Below are positions 18,736 through 27,820 of a stretch of DNA of 64,000 nt, piece after piece. The notes beneath the pieces were generated by a model. It did no database searches, had not been told where the DNA came from, and saw only the letters and a list, made by a program, of their open reading frames with translations. The position numbers and the translations under genes are program-made. Each line of letters opens with the position of its first letter. The first letter of the stretch is position 1. This stretch comes from Clostridia bacterium (GTDB taxonomy: Bacteria > Bacillota > Clostridia > Oscillospirales > SIG627), in the NCBI GenBank assembly GCA_017440805.1, contig JAFSGN010000016.1:66627-130626 (forward strand), written 5' to 3'.

Positions 18736-20142
18736 TTATGATTCCCTCCCCTGAAAAGTGCGGGTAAAAATTTTTAATATACCTTTGGGACTAAACGGAA
18801 CAAAAGGATACAGGTACCCTTTTCCTGCGGCCGTCTTGTTGGTGCAGAGTATTATCAGCCACAAAAGCAATGCTCCCGCAAAACCGTACCATCCCAAAAG
18901 AAATGTTCCCACCACCATTGATATTCTTGCGAACTTGAAGCAATAACCCATTTCATAATTCATGGGAGAAAATGTGGCTATAGCGGAAAATGCGGTATAT
19001 AATATTACCTGAGAAACAAACCAACCGCTTGAAACGGCAAAATCCCCAAGTATAAGTCCGCCTACAATACTCAAGGAATTCTGGAGTTGTGACGGGGAAT
19101 TCATGGATGCAAGTTTCAAACCGTCTATGGCGGCTTCAATTATAAGGATTTGTAGAATAATGGGTACAGAATACTCATCAGCCACTCTCACAAAAGATAA
19201 ATGCTCGGGCAAGACATGGGAATATGTCAGTGCAAGATACCACACAGGCAGAAGAAATATTCCTGCAAAGTAAGTGAGTATCCGTACTATTTTCAGGTAA
19301 CTTGCCGTTACGGGCGGAAAGTAATATTCCTCAATATCATCAAAAAAATCAAGAAGGTTTGTAGGAAAAAGCATTACGGAAGGCGAATTATCCACGATTA
19401 TTATAATTTTACCCTCCATAAGTTCCGCACAGGCACTGTCGGGGCGTTCGATATATTTTACTTTGGGAAACGGATTGAGAATCAGTCCTTTTTTATTTTC
19501 AAGAAGTTTTTCCGCGAGTGTTTCCTGTGACATACATAGTGATTTGACATTGATTTTTTTCAGTTTCTGCCTCAGTTTCTCAATAAGTTTTTCGTCTGCC
19601 CGCCCTGAAATATACGACATTGCAACATCCGTTTTTGAAAGTTCACCTATAGTAAACTTTTCAAAAATCAATTGAGGTGTACGGATGTATCGCCGTATAA
19701 GAATGGTGTTTTTTGTCAGATTTTCATTAAATCCTATATGAGGTCCGCGAAGAGTACGGCTTTTTTCCGGCTCACTTACTCCCCTGTCGGGATAGGTACG
19801 GACATCTATAACAAGTGCCTGAGGATATCCGTCAATAAAAAGTGCCACATTTCCGCACAAGACGGCGTCGGTTATTTTATTTTCATCGTTTGAGGTAAAA
19901 CTTTCTATTCTGGGAACAACCGTGTGTGCGAACTCGTCGATATTTTTGAAGTCGGTTTTTTGAGCCGAGCATAGTTTTTCGTGAAAACGCAAAGCATCTG
20001 CACTGTTTATAAAACCCTCTATATAGAAATAGCAGGCTTCTCTTTTTCCTGTTTTCAGATAAGTTTTCAGGACATCAAATGTCCTGTCGGTATTAAGCAA
20101 TCTGTCAAAAATCTTAATATTCTGGTTTAAATTTTCTGTCAT
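18736..20142 (-). CDS. spore germination protein, GerA/SpoVAF family
   Basis: 468 aa with a soluble N-domain plus 4-5 C-terminal TM helices, the typical GerA-family layout. No adjacent GerAB/GerAC genes. Confidence 0.8.
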   Translation of the reverse strand: MTENLNQNIKIFDRLLNTDRTFDVLKTYLKTGKREACYFYIEGFINSADALRFHEKLCSAQKTDFKNIDEFAHTVVPRIESFTSNDENKITDAVLCGNVALFIDGYPQALVIDVRTYPDRGVSEPEKSRTLRGPHIGFNENLTKNTILIRRYIRTPQLIFEKFTIGELSKTDVAMSYISGRADEKLIEKLRQKLKKINVKSLCMSQETLAEKLLENKKGLILNPFPKVKYIERPDSACAELMEGKIIIIVDNSPSVMLFPTNLLDFFDDIEEYYFPPVTASYLKIVRILTYFAGIFLLPVWYLALTYSHVLPEHLSFVRVADEYSVPIILQILIIEAAIDGLKLASMNSPSQLQNSLSIVGGLILGDFAVSSGWFVSQVILYTAFSAIATFSPMNYEMGYCFKFARISMVVGTFLLGWYGFAGALLLWLIILCTNKTAAGKGYLYPFVPFSPKGILKIFTRTFQGRES

Positions 20143-20320
20143 GATAAAAATTCCTCTATTTTTTATATTTTGGTGCTGTTTAATATAGACAAACCGAAAA
20201 AAATATGATATAATTAAGAGTAAATTTCTTTATTTTCAATATAGTCTTTTTAAATTTTTTCTTTTTACTGACTTTATTTTTAACTTGATGTAAAAGAATT
20301 ATGTCACTTTGCACATATTA

Positions 20321-20350
20321 TTGACAATATATATGATTTTATGGTATAAT
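20321..20350 (+). promoter_or_regulatory. sigma-A promoter (TTGACA, 18-nt spacer, TATAAT)
   Basis: TTGACA at 20321-20326 and TATAAT at 20345-20350. Confidence 0.5.
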
Positions 20351-20390
20351 ATGCACAATAGTGTACTAAATTTTTTGTATAGGTGATTTC

Positions 20391-21185
20391 TTGAGAAATG
20401 TTATTATGGTCACCTCCTGTAAAGGCGGTGTAGGAAAAACAACACTGACAGCCGGAATATCGACTGCTCTGGCTAAAATGGGAAAAACTGTTCTGACTGT
20501 TGATATGGATTTCGGTGTCAGAAGTCTTGATTTGGCATTAGGTTTTGAAAACAATATATGTGCAGACGCTTATGATGCCATAACAGAGAGATGTGAACTT
20601 GACAAAACTTACATATCTTCCCCCGACTGTCCGAATTTATTTTTTACACCGGCACCTGCCGGATTTGACAACAGGACAATGGACAGTATTCTGAAAGAAC
20701 AGATAAACAAGTATCTTTCAGCACTGAAGGAAAAGTTTGATTATATTTTTCTCGATATGCCCGCAGGGTTCGGAAAAATGTTTGAACTTGTTGCTTCGTC
20801 ACCTGTAACGGACAAAGCAGTGATAATATGTTCGCACAGTCCTTCTTCTGTCCGTGCTGCCGAGAAAACGGCTTTTGAACTGTATAAATTCGGCAAAACT
20901 CCTTTGGGTCTTGTGATAAATATGTTTAATATACCGTTTGTAAAAAAAGGGTATTACCCCGGCATATTGGACATAATTGAAAGAAGTTCGGTAAAACTCA
21001 TGGGTGTTGTTCCGGATGACACGGTTATAGACAGCATTCAGCAACGGGGTGGTCTTATCAACTGTGAAGAACTGCACTCCCGTGGAAATACCGCGATAAA
21101 AAACATTGCCCGCCGTATCAACGGAGAAAATGTCAGTCTTATGCAAAGTATTGTAAAAACTTCAAAACGCAGTCAACTGCTTTGA
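20391..21185 (+). CDS. MinD/ParA-family P-loop ATPase
   Basis: Deviant Walker A SCKGGVGKTT and a MinD-like body. TTG start at 20391, with an ATG alternative at 20406. Confidence 0.8.
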   Translation: MRNVIMVTSCKGGVGKTTLTAGISTALAKMGKTVLTVDMDFGVRSLDLALGFENNICADAYDAITERCELDKTYISSPDCPNLFFTPAPAGFDNRTMDSILKEQINKYLSALKEKFDYIFLDMPAGFGKMFELVASSPVTDKAVIICSHSPSSVRAAEKTAFELYKFGKTPLGLVINMFNIPFVKKGYYPGILDIIERSSVKLMGVVPDDTVIDSIQQRGGLINCEELHSRGNTAIKNIARRINGENVSLMQSIVKTSKRSQLL

Positions 21186-21232
21186 ATTATTAAATAAACC
21201 GTAGACTTATCCATGCTGAAAGGAGATTATAT

Positions 21233-21643
21233 ATGGAAATTGCTTTGATTGCTCATGATAACAAGAAAGAACTTATAACACAATTCTGTATTGCTTATTG
21301 CGGTGTTCTTTCCAAACACCACCTTTGTGCAACAGGTATTACGGGTAAAAATATCTCCGATGCTACAGGATTGAAAATCGAACGCCTTCTCAGCGGTCCC
21401 CACGGCGGCGACCAGCAGATTGCCGCAAGAATATCCTACAACGAAATAGATGTACTTTTATATTTCCGCGACACCTCACCAAACAAACCCTTTGACGAAA
21501 ATGAAATGAATATTATGCGCTTATGCGATATATATAATGTTCCGATTGCAACCAACATTGCAACTGCCGAGGCTATAATTATGGCTCTTGACCGCGGAGA
21601 CCTCGGTTGGAGAGAACTTGTTAATCCAAACAACAACCACTAA
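21233..21643 (+). CDS. mgsA: methylglyoxal synthase
   Basis: IALIAHDNKK, GPHGGDQQI and VPIATNIATAE motifs. Confidence 0.9.
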   Translation: MEIALIAHDNKKELITQFCIAYCGVLSKHHLCATGITGKNISDATGLKIERLLSGPHGGDQQIAARISYNEIDVLLYFRDTSPNKPFDENEMNIMRLCDIYNVPIATNIATAEAIIMALDRGDLGWRELVNPNNNH

Positions 21644-21654
21644 TTCAGAAAGGA

Positions 21655-22917
21655 TTGTTCAATTTGATACAGAAACCAAGAGGCACTATTGATATTCTGC
21701 CCGACAAGTCTGCTTTATGGCTTGATATAGAAAACCGAATAAGAAAAGTTGCAAAAAAATACGGATTTGGCGAAATACGACTCCCCACTTTTGAGGTGAC
21801 CGAACTTTACAACAGAGGTGTAGGAGATACATCAGATGTTGTGCAAAAGGAAATGTACACCTTTACCGACAATGACAACCGCTCTATAAGTCTTCGTCCC
21901 GAGGGAACGGCGGGTGTAGTCAGAAGTATAATCGAAAACGGTCTTTGTTCCGAGGCTATGCCGCTTTCTCTTTACTATCTCATTTCCTGTTTCAGATACG
22001 AAAAACCTCAGGCAGGACGCTCGAGAGAATTTTATCAGTTCGGTGTTGAGATGTTCGGTGCGAACTCTCCTACCGCAGATGCGGAAGTGATTATGCTTGC
22101 ATCAGATATTTTCTCTGAACTGGGACTTAATATACGCCTTGAAATAAACTCTATCGGTTGTCCCGATTGCCGTCCGAAATATCATGCGGCTCTCAAGGAG
22201 TATTTTGCATCAAACATTGACGATTTATGCGACACTTGCAAAGGTCGTCTTGAAAAGAATCCTTTGCGTATACTGGACTGTAAGAGTCCGGTGTGTTCGG
22301 CGATTGCCAAAAACGCTCCTCATACAATAGATTATCTTTGCGACGATTGTAAAAGTCATTTTGACGGTCTTCAGAATCTCCTGTCCAAATCCGGCAGGGA
22401 CTTTACCGTAAACTCCAGAATAGTACGAGGTCTGGACTATTACCGTAAGACAGTGTTTGAATTTATAAGCGACGATATCGGTTCACAAAGTACAGTTTGC
22501 GGCGGCGGACGGTACGATGGTCTTGTTCAGTCATTGGGAGGTCCTGCCCTCAGCGGTATAGGCTTTGCAATGGGACTCACCCGTCTTATGATGGTGCTGG
22601 AGGCACAAAACAAACTACCTGAACTTAGTGACAGTATGGATTTATATATTGCTTCTTTGGGCGAAAAAGCGGTTTCCGAGGCATTTAAACTTTCTGTTGC
22701 TTTGAGAAACGAAGGTTTCAAGGCACAATGCGACCTTGTGGGCCGTTCGCTTAAAGCACAGATGAAATATGCAGATAAAAAATCGGCTCGCTTTGTTCTT
22801 ATTCTGGGTGACAGCGAAATTGAAACCCGCAGATGTGTTCTCAAGAATATGTCGGACAGTTCGCAGGTTGAGGTTTCTCTTGACGAAATTCAGTCAATAA
22901 TCAATCATATAAAATAA
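21655..22917 (+). CDS. hisS: histidine--tRNA ligase
   Basis: Class II motifs RPEGTA, FYQFGVE and GGGRYD, plus a C-terminal anticodon-binding domain. TTG start. Confidence 0.9.
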   Translation: MFNLIQKPRGTIDILPDKSALWLDIENRIRKVAKKYGFGEIRLPTFEVTELYNRGVGDTSDVVQKEMYTFTDNDNRSISLRPEGTAGVVRSIIENGLCSEAMPLSLYYLISCFRYEKPQAGRSREFYQFGVEMFGANSPTADAEVIMLASDIFSELGLNIRLEINSIGCPDCRPKYHAALKEYFASNIDDLCDTCKGRLEKNPLRILDCKSPVCSAIAKNAPHTIDYLCDDCKSHFDGLQNLLSKSGRDFTVNSRIVRGLDYYRKTVFEFISDDIGSQSTVCGGGRYDGLVQSLGGPALSGIGFAMGLTRLMMVLEAQNKLPELSDSMDLYIASLGEKAVSEAFKLSVALRNEGFKAQCDLVGRSLKAQMKYADKKSARFVLILGDSEIETRRCVLKNMSDSSQVEVSLDEIQSIINHIK

Positions 22918-22933
22918 ACAGGAGATTTTTATC

Positions 22934-24709
22934 ATGTTAAGAACAATATATTGCGGAGAACTCCGTGAGGAGCATATCGGACAAGAAGTTAAAGTGTGCG
23001 GTTGGGTTCAGCGTCAGCGTGACTTAGGCGGTCTTATTTTTATTGACCTGCGTGACCGCAGCGGAATTGTGCAACTTGCTTTTGACCAGGATTCAGACAA
23101 AGAGGATTTTGAAAAGGCATTTGCTACCCGTTCCGAGTATGTTCTTTGTGCGACGGGAACTGTCCGTTCCAGAGGCGAGAGTGCAAGAAATGCAAATATT
23201 CCCACCGGTTTTATTGAAATTGCGGTTACACACCTTGATATTATTTCTGCAGCACAGACTCCTCCCTTTGAAATAGTTGACAATTCAAACGCCCGTGAGG
23301 AACTTCGCCTGAAACACCGCTATCTTGATTTACGCCGTCCCGAACTTCAGTCAAAACTTATTGCAAGAAGTAAAATCACAACTATTGCAAGAAACTTCTT
23401 TGCTGACAACGGGTTTATAGATGTTGAGACACCTATTCTCGTAAAGTCCACACCCGAGGGTGCCCGTGACTATCTTGTTCCCAGCCGTGTTCATCCCGGT
23501 TCGTTCTATGCTCTCCCCCAATCGCCTCAACTTTACAAACAACTTCTGATGGTTTCGGGATTTGACCGCTATTTCCAGATTGCCCGTTGTTTCCGTGACG
23601 AAGACCTGCGTGCAGACCGTCAGCCCGAATTTACACAAATAGACCTTGAAATGTCTTTTGTTGACCAGGAAGATATAATAGATGTTAACGAGCGTTTCCT
23701 GAAACATTTGTTTAAGGAATTCAAAGGGATTGATTTGGAAATTCCTCTCCAGCGTATGCCTTATGACCAGGCAATGCTCCGATACGGATGCGATAAACCC
23801 GACCTTCGTTTCGGATTTGAAATTGTGGAACTTACCGAACTCCTCAAGGACTGCGAATTCAAAGTATTTGCAGATACCATTGCCAACGGCGGAAAAGTAC
23901 GCGCTATCAATGTCAAGGGCGGCGGTAAGTTTACCAGAAAAGAAATTGACAGTCTGACCGATTATGTCAAGACACAGCAAAAAGCCAAAGGTCTTGCCTG
24001 GACAAAAAATAACGGAGGCGAAATTTCATCCTCCTATGCCAAATTCCTTACAGAAGACGAAAACAAGGCAATATACGATGCAATGGGCTTTGAAAATGAT
24101 GATATTATCTTTATCGTTGCGGATAAAACCAAGGTTGTATGTGCTGCATTGGGTGCTCTCCGCTGTGAGGTTGCAAGGCGTCTTAATATTATTGACCCGG
24201 ATTGTTACAAATTACTGTGGATTACAGACTTCCCCATGTTTGAATATGACGAAGAAGAAAATCGCTATGTAGCAACTCATCATCCCTTTACTGCTCCCCG
24301 TGACGAAGACCTTGAATTTCTTCTTACCGACCCGGGAAAAGTTTACTCAAAAGCCTATGATATTATAATTAACGGCAGTGAAGCAGGCGGTGGTTCTGTC
24401 CGTATCCATACACCCGAAGTACAGAACAAGGTGTTTGATGCTATCGGTCTTACAAAGGAAGAAAGTCAGTTGAAATTCGGATATCTCCTTGAAGCGTTCA
24501 AGTACGGTGTTCCGCCACATGCGGGACTGGCGTACGGTCTTGACCGTCTGGTCGGCCTTCTTCTTGGCACAGATGCAATCCGTGATGTTATTGCTTTCCC
24601 GAAAGTTCAGAACGCTTCCGAACTTATGACCGAGTGTCCTTCCGAAGTTCCGCAAAAATCCCTTGACGAATTATTTATCAGTGTTAATCCACCCGCTAAA
24701 GAAGAATAA
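22934..24709 (+). CDS. aspS: aspartate--tRNA ligase
   Basis: N-terminal OB fold, FRDEDLRADRQPEFTQID (motif 2), GGGSVRIH, GLDRLV (motif 3). Confidence 0.95.
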   Translation: MLRTIYCGELREEHIGQEVKVCGWVQRQRDLGGLIFIDLRDRSGIVQLAFDQDSDKEDFEKAFATRSEYVLCATGTVRSRGESARNANIPTGFIEIAVTHLDIISAAQTPPFEIVDNSNAREELRLKHRYLDLRRPELQSKLIARSKITTIARNFFADNGFIDVETPILVKSTPEGARDYLVPSRVHPGSFYALPQSPQLYKQLLMVSGFDRYFQIARCFRDEDLRADRQPEFTQIDLEMSFVDQEDIIDVNERFLKHLFKEFKGIDLEIPLQRMPYDQAMLRYGCDKPDLRFGFEIVELTELLKDCEFKVFADTIANGGKVRAINVKGGGKFTRKEIDSLTDYVKTQQKAKGLAWTKNNGGEISSSYAKFLTEDENKAIYDAMGFENDDIIFIVADKTKVVCAALGALRCEVARRLNIIDPDCYKLLWITDFPMFEYDEEENRYVATHHPFTAPRDEDLEFLLTDPGKVYSKAYDIIINGSEAGGGSVRIHTPEVQNKVFDAIGLTKEESQLKFGYLLEAFKYGVPPHAGLAYGLDRLVGLLLGTDAIRDVIAFPKVQNASELMTECPSEVPQKSLDELFISVNPPAKEE

Positions 24710-24733
24710 CCTGTAATATATCTGACATTCATA

Positions 24734-24774
24734 AAGGAGAGTGTGCTTTGAAAACACACTCTCCTTTCTTGTTT
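24734..24774 (+). terminator. rho-independent terminator of aspS
   Basis: AAGGAGAGTGTG / CACACTCTCCTT stem plus a T-rich tail. Confidence 0.75.
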
Positions 24775-24783
24775 ATCAGAAAT

Positions 24784-25078
24784 ATAAAAAAGGTGCTTTA
24801 TTGGGGTACCTACCGTAAAGCAGTTTTATATTCAACTCAAAAAGGACGAGAATTTTCTCGTCCTTTTTGCACACTTCCTTGCCTGAAAGGTGTAGTGTGT
24901 TATACCGTATTATCTGTTCCGGGCGGTAAAAGAATGATGTTTGCCCACTACGCCGTCAGGCGTAACATCATTTACGCAGTAAACATCATTGCCGAAGGCA
25001 ACATCACTTGCCCGTGAGGGCAAACATCGTTCGGCTGACCTGCTTTATCGCAGGTCGCCGTTCAAGCACCTTTTTTAT
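24784..25078. other. 295-bp hairpin-rich non-coding element bounded by a perfect 15-bp terminal inverted repeat (MITE-like or structured RNA)
   Basis: ATAAAAAAGGTGCTT at 24784-24798 and its exact reverse complement AAGCACCTTTTTTAT at 25064-25078. The interior holds at least 7 hairpins and no credible ORF. Confidence 0.5.
24839..24868. terminator. bidirectional intrinsic terminator inside the element
   Basis: AAAA-AGGACGAG-AATTTT-CTCGTCCT-TTTT. Confidence 0.7.
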
Positions 25079-25081
25079 GGT

Positions 25082-26365
25082 TTAATCAACAGTTACAAAC
25101 ACACCGTCGCCCTGTGTAAGAGTGAAATCGTACCAACCGTCATCAGATGTGAGAACGGTGGGTTCGCCATCGTAGTACATAGTAACTTTTCCGTCGATTT
25201 TGACTTTAATGTTTGCTGTTTCGGGAGTTGCAAAATCCTGGCAGTTAACAAGTGTAAATGCGTGTCCCTCACCCTCAATTTTGTCAAAGCATCCAACCAG
25301 CAAAGGAGTGTTACATTTAACTTCGGAAATAGGTTTGAAGTCCTTATACGGATTGTAAAGTTCAAGATATGGGGTCTTTTCGGGAGAGGAATTTACATTG
25401 AATGCACCTACACTGCGGTAACTTACATACAGGTCGGATATTTTCTTCATACCCAGTGCCATACGCTTAACTGCAAAGTATGCTTTTGTCGGACATCCGC
25501 GTACATCAATAGGAGCACCGGTCTTAGGTCCGCCTCCTGCATTGGCAAATGTGTAATATTCCAGAGTTCTTACACCAAAGGATATCATACAATATGCCTG
25601 CCATCTTATTTCTTCTTCGTTAGGGTCGCGGATATTGCAGTGCCATGAGCAAGTCTGGATGTATGCCCAGAGGTCTCTGCCATTTTCACGGCATGCATCT
25701 GCTACAAGTTCAATATTCTTCATATAATCCTTGTAGTACAGAAGGTCATAATACGCGGGATACTTGTCTTCCATTCCTGCCATGGGTTTGCGGCGGAAAG
25801 GATAAATATCAACGCCGATATAATGTGTTTTAACCTTATCAACATACTCCTGGAGATACTGTTTGTAGCAACTCTGACCGTCAAAATATTCTATGGGTGC
25901 TTTCCATGCACCGCCTTTGAGCTGGTCAGTGTTGGCATACATGGGAAGAAGGTTTACATAAGGGGTTTTATCCGGGAAAACCTCAAGAAAATCTTCTATT
26001 GACTTCTGAACATGTTCAAATTCGCACATGCCCGGTTCGTCATTCATAAGATATTCTGTAAACATAGGGGAATCCTTGTACCACATATTGCACACTTTAT
26101 CTTTGTCAAAAACTGTAGTACCGTCATTAATGGATTTTCTCGTATTATTGGAAATTCCCGTAACTTCTACGCCATACTTTTCCAACCAGCCGAGAAGATT
26201 GATATCAGCCTCGTTCGGTTCATTTCCGAAACGATGTGTAAAAAAGTCTATACCTGCCTCTTTAAGAAGTTTTACCTGTTCTTCTGTGTTCTGAGACATT
26301 GCACACATTGTACCGGTACGAAAGGCATTGTATTTTTTGGGTTTAACATAGTGTTTTGCGCACAT
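25082..26365 (-). CDS. TIM-barrel glycoside-hydrolase-like protein, family unassigned (paralogue A)
   Basis: 427-aa ORF with a GGAGG RBS, no signal peptide, an MNDEPG motif and a conserved YIQTCSWH segment. Paralogous to the adjacent gene. The function is an inference from a GH-clan-A-like pattern only. Confidence 0.5.
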   Translation of the reverse strand: MCAKHYVKPKKYNAFRTGTMCAMSQNTEEQVKLLKEAGIDFFTHRFGNEPNEADINLLGWLEKYGVEVTGISNNTRKSINDGTTVFDKDKVCNMWYKDSPMFTEYLMNDEPGMCEFEHVQKSIEDFLEVFPDKTPYVNLLPMYANTDQLKGGAWKAPIEYFDGQSCYKQYLQEYVDKVKTHYIGVDIYPFRRKPMAGMEDKYPAYYDLLYYKDYMKNIELVADACRENGRDLWAYIQTCSWHCNIRDPNEEEIRWQAYCMISFGVRTLEYYTFANAGGGPKTGAPIDVRGCPTKAYFAVKRMALGMKKISDLYVSYRSVGAFNVNSSPEKTPYLELYNPYKDFKPISEVKCNTPLLVGCFDKIEGEGHAFTLVNCQDFATPETANIKVKIDGKVTMYYDGEPTVLTSDDGWYDFTLTQGDGVFVTVD

Positions 26366-26382
26366 TTTGTTTATCCTCCTGT

Positions 26383-27645
26383 TTAGTCAACAGTTACAAA
26401 CACACCATCGCCCTGTACAAGTGTAAAGTCATACCAACCGTCATCAGATGTGAGAACGGTGGGTTCGCCATCGTAGTACATAGTAACTTTTCCGTCAATT
26501 TTAACTTTGATGTTTGCTGTTTCGGGAGTTTTGAAGTCCTGACAGTTAACAAGTGTAAACGCGTGTCCTTCGCCTTCGATTTTATCAAAGCATCCAACCA
26601 GCAAAGGAGTGTTACATTTAATTTCGGAAATGGGTTTAAAGTTCTTGTACGGCTCGTACATTTCAAGATAAGGTGTCTTTTCGGGAGAAGAATTTACATT
26701 GAATGCACCCACATTCTGATAACTTACATACAAGTCGGATATTTTCTTCATACCCATAGCCATACGCTGAATTTCATAGTAAATCTTGGTAGGATAGCCG
26801 CGTACATCAAGTGCAGCACCGGTATGGCAGGTAATATCTGCAAAGGTGTAGTACTGAATTGTCTTTACACCGAAAGAAATCATACAGTATGCCTGCCATC
26901 TTACTTCTGCCTGGTTGGGTTCGCGGATATCGCGGTGCCATGAACAAGTCTGGATGTATGTCCAGAAATCACGGCCTGCATCACGACATGCCTTTGCAAC
27001 AAGTTCAATATTCTTTATATAATCCTTGTAGCACAAAATGTCATAATATGCCGGGTACAACTCTTCTTTTCCGGGGATGGGCTCGCGACGGAAAGGATAA
27101 ATATCAACAGAGATATAGTCGGTATTTACATTTTTAACATATTCATCAAGGTACTGCTTATAGCAACTTGAACCGTCAAAATATTCTATAGGTGCCTTCC
27201 ATGCACCGCCCTTGAGCTGGTCGGTGTTTGCATACATGGGAAGAAGGTTAACATACGGTCTTTTGTCAGGGAAAACTTCTGCCAAATCATTGATTGATTC
27301 CTGAATATCCTTATAGTCGCACATACCGGGCTCGTCCATAATAAGATATTCGGTAAATGCAGGAGCATCCTTAAACCACATAAGGTCAACCTTGGTCTTA
27401 TCAAACACTGCGGAACCTCCGCTGACATATTTGATAGTTCCGTTTGTAATAATGGTTGCCTCTACGCCGTGTTTGTGCATCCATTCCAAAAGGTTTTTCT
27501 GGTCTTCATTTTCCTCATCACTCAAACGGAGTGTGAAAAAGTCCATACCCGCTTCGGCAAGTTGTTTAACCTGCTCTTCGGTATTCTTGTTCATTGCGCA
27601 CATCGCACCTGTACGGAAACGATTGTACTTGGGATTCTTTGACAT
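26383..27645 (-). CDS. TIM-barrel glycoside-hydrolase-like protein, family unassigned (paralogue B)
   Basis: 420-aa ORF with an AAGGAGAA RBS. IMDEPG and YIQTCSWH motifs. The last 78 aa differ from paralogue A at only 2 positions. Confidence 0.5.
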   Translation of the reverse strand: MSKNPKYNRFRTGAMCAMNKNTEEQVKQLAEAGMDFFTLRLSDEENEDQKNLLEWMHKHGVEATIITNGTIKYVSGGSAVFDKTKVDLMWFKDAPAFTEYLIMDEPGMCDYKDIQESINDLAEVFPDKRPYVNLLPMYANTDQLKGGAWKAPIEYFDGSSCYKQYLDEYVKNVNTDYISVDIYPFRREPIPGKEELYPAYYDILCYKDYIKNIELVAKACRDAGRDFWTYIQTCSWHRDIREPNQAEVRWQAYCMISFGVKTIQYYTFADITCHTGAALDVRGYPTKIYYEIQRMAMGMKKISDLYVSYQNVGAFNVNSSPEKTPYLEMYEPYKNFKPISEIKCNTPLLVGCFDKIEGEGHAFTLVNCQDFKTPETANIKVKIDGKVTMYYDGEPTVLTSDDGWYDFTLVQGDGVFVTVD

Positions 27646-27747
27646 AACAGTATTCTCCTTTTAAATTATACTTTAAAAATTAATTTTAATACTAATGTGC
27701 CGATTATTACAAGAATGACGCACAATTCCAATAAATCAACCTGGCTT

Positions 27748-27776
27748 ATTCTACCATAAAAAAAGGATTTGTGCAA
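27748..27776 (-). promoter_or_regulatory. sigma-A promoter for the paralogue operon (TTGCAC, 17-nt spacer, TAGAAT)
   Basis: On the - strand, TTGCAC is at 27776-27771 and TAGAAT at 27753-27748. Confidence 0.5.
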
Positions 27777-27820
27777 TACTTTTTACCGTTTTTTTCGAGG
27801 GTATTATATTTTTATTAAAC

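Noticed and set aside
24748-25017. 89-aa ORF inside the inverted-repeat-bounded element
   Set aside because: It starts within the aspS terminator hairpin and runs through the bidirectional terminator at 24839-24868. It has no RBS and a biased, basic composition, so the region is better explained as non-coding.
24932-25060. CRISPR-like array interpretation of the repeated hairpin/spacer units
   Set aside because: The units are only about 18-22 nt. The conserved part is a 7-nt spacer rather than a 24-48-nt repeat. There are no unique spacers of protospacer length and no cas genes.
25082-26640. Diversity-generating retroelement (template/variable repeat) explanation for the near-identical 3' ends of the paralogues
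   Set aside because: There is no reverse transcriptase or accessory gene in the window. The substitutions between the two copies are of mixed types (G/A, T/C, A/T) rather than adenine-specific.
24989-26943. Two long + strand ORFs (24989-25648 at 219 aa, 26356-26943 at 195 aa) that resemble each other
   Set aside because: They are antisense shadows of the two paralogous GH-like genes. Their mutual similarity only mirrors the paralogy of the real genes.
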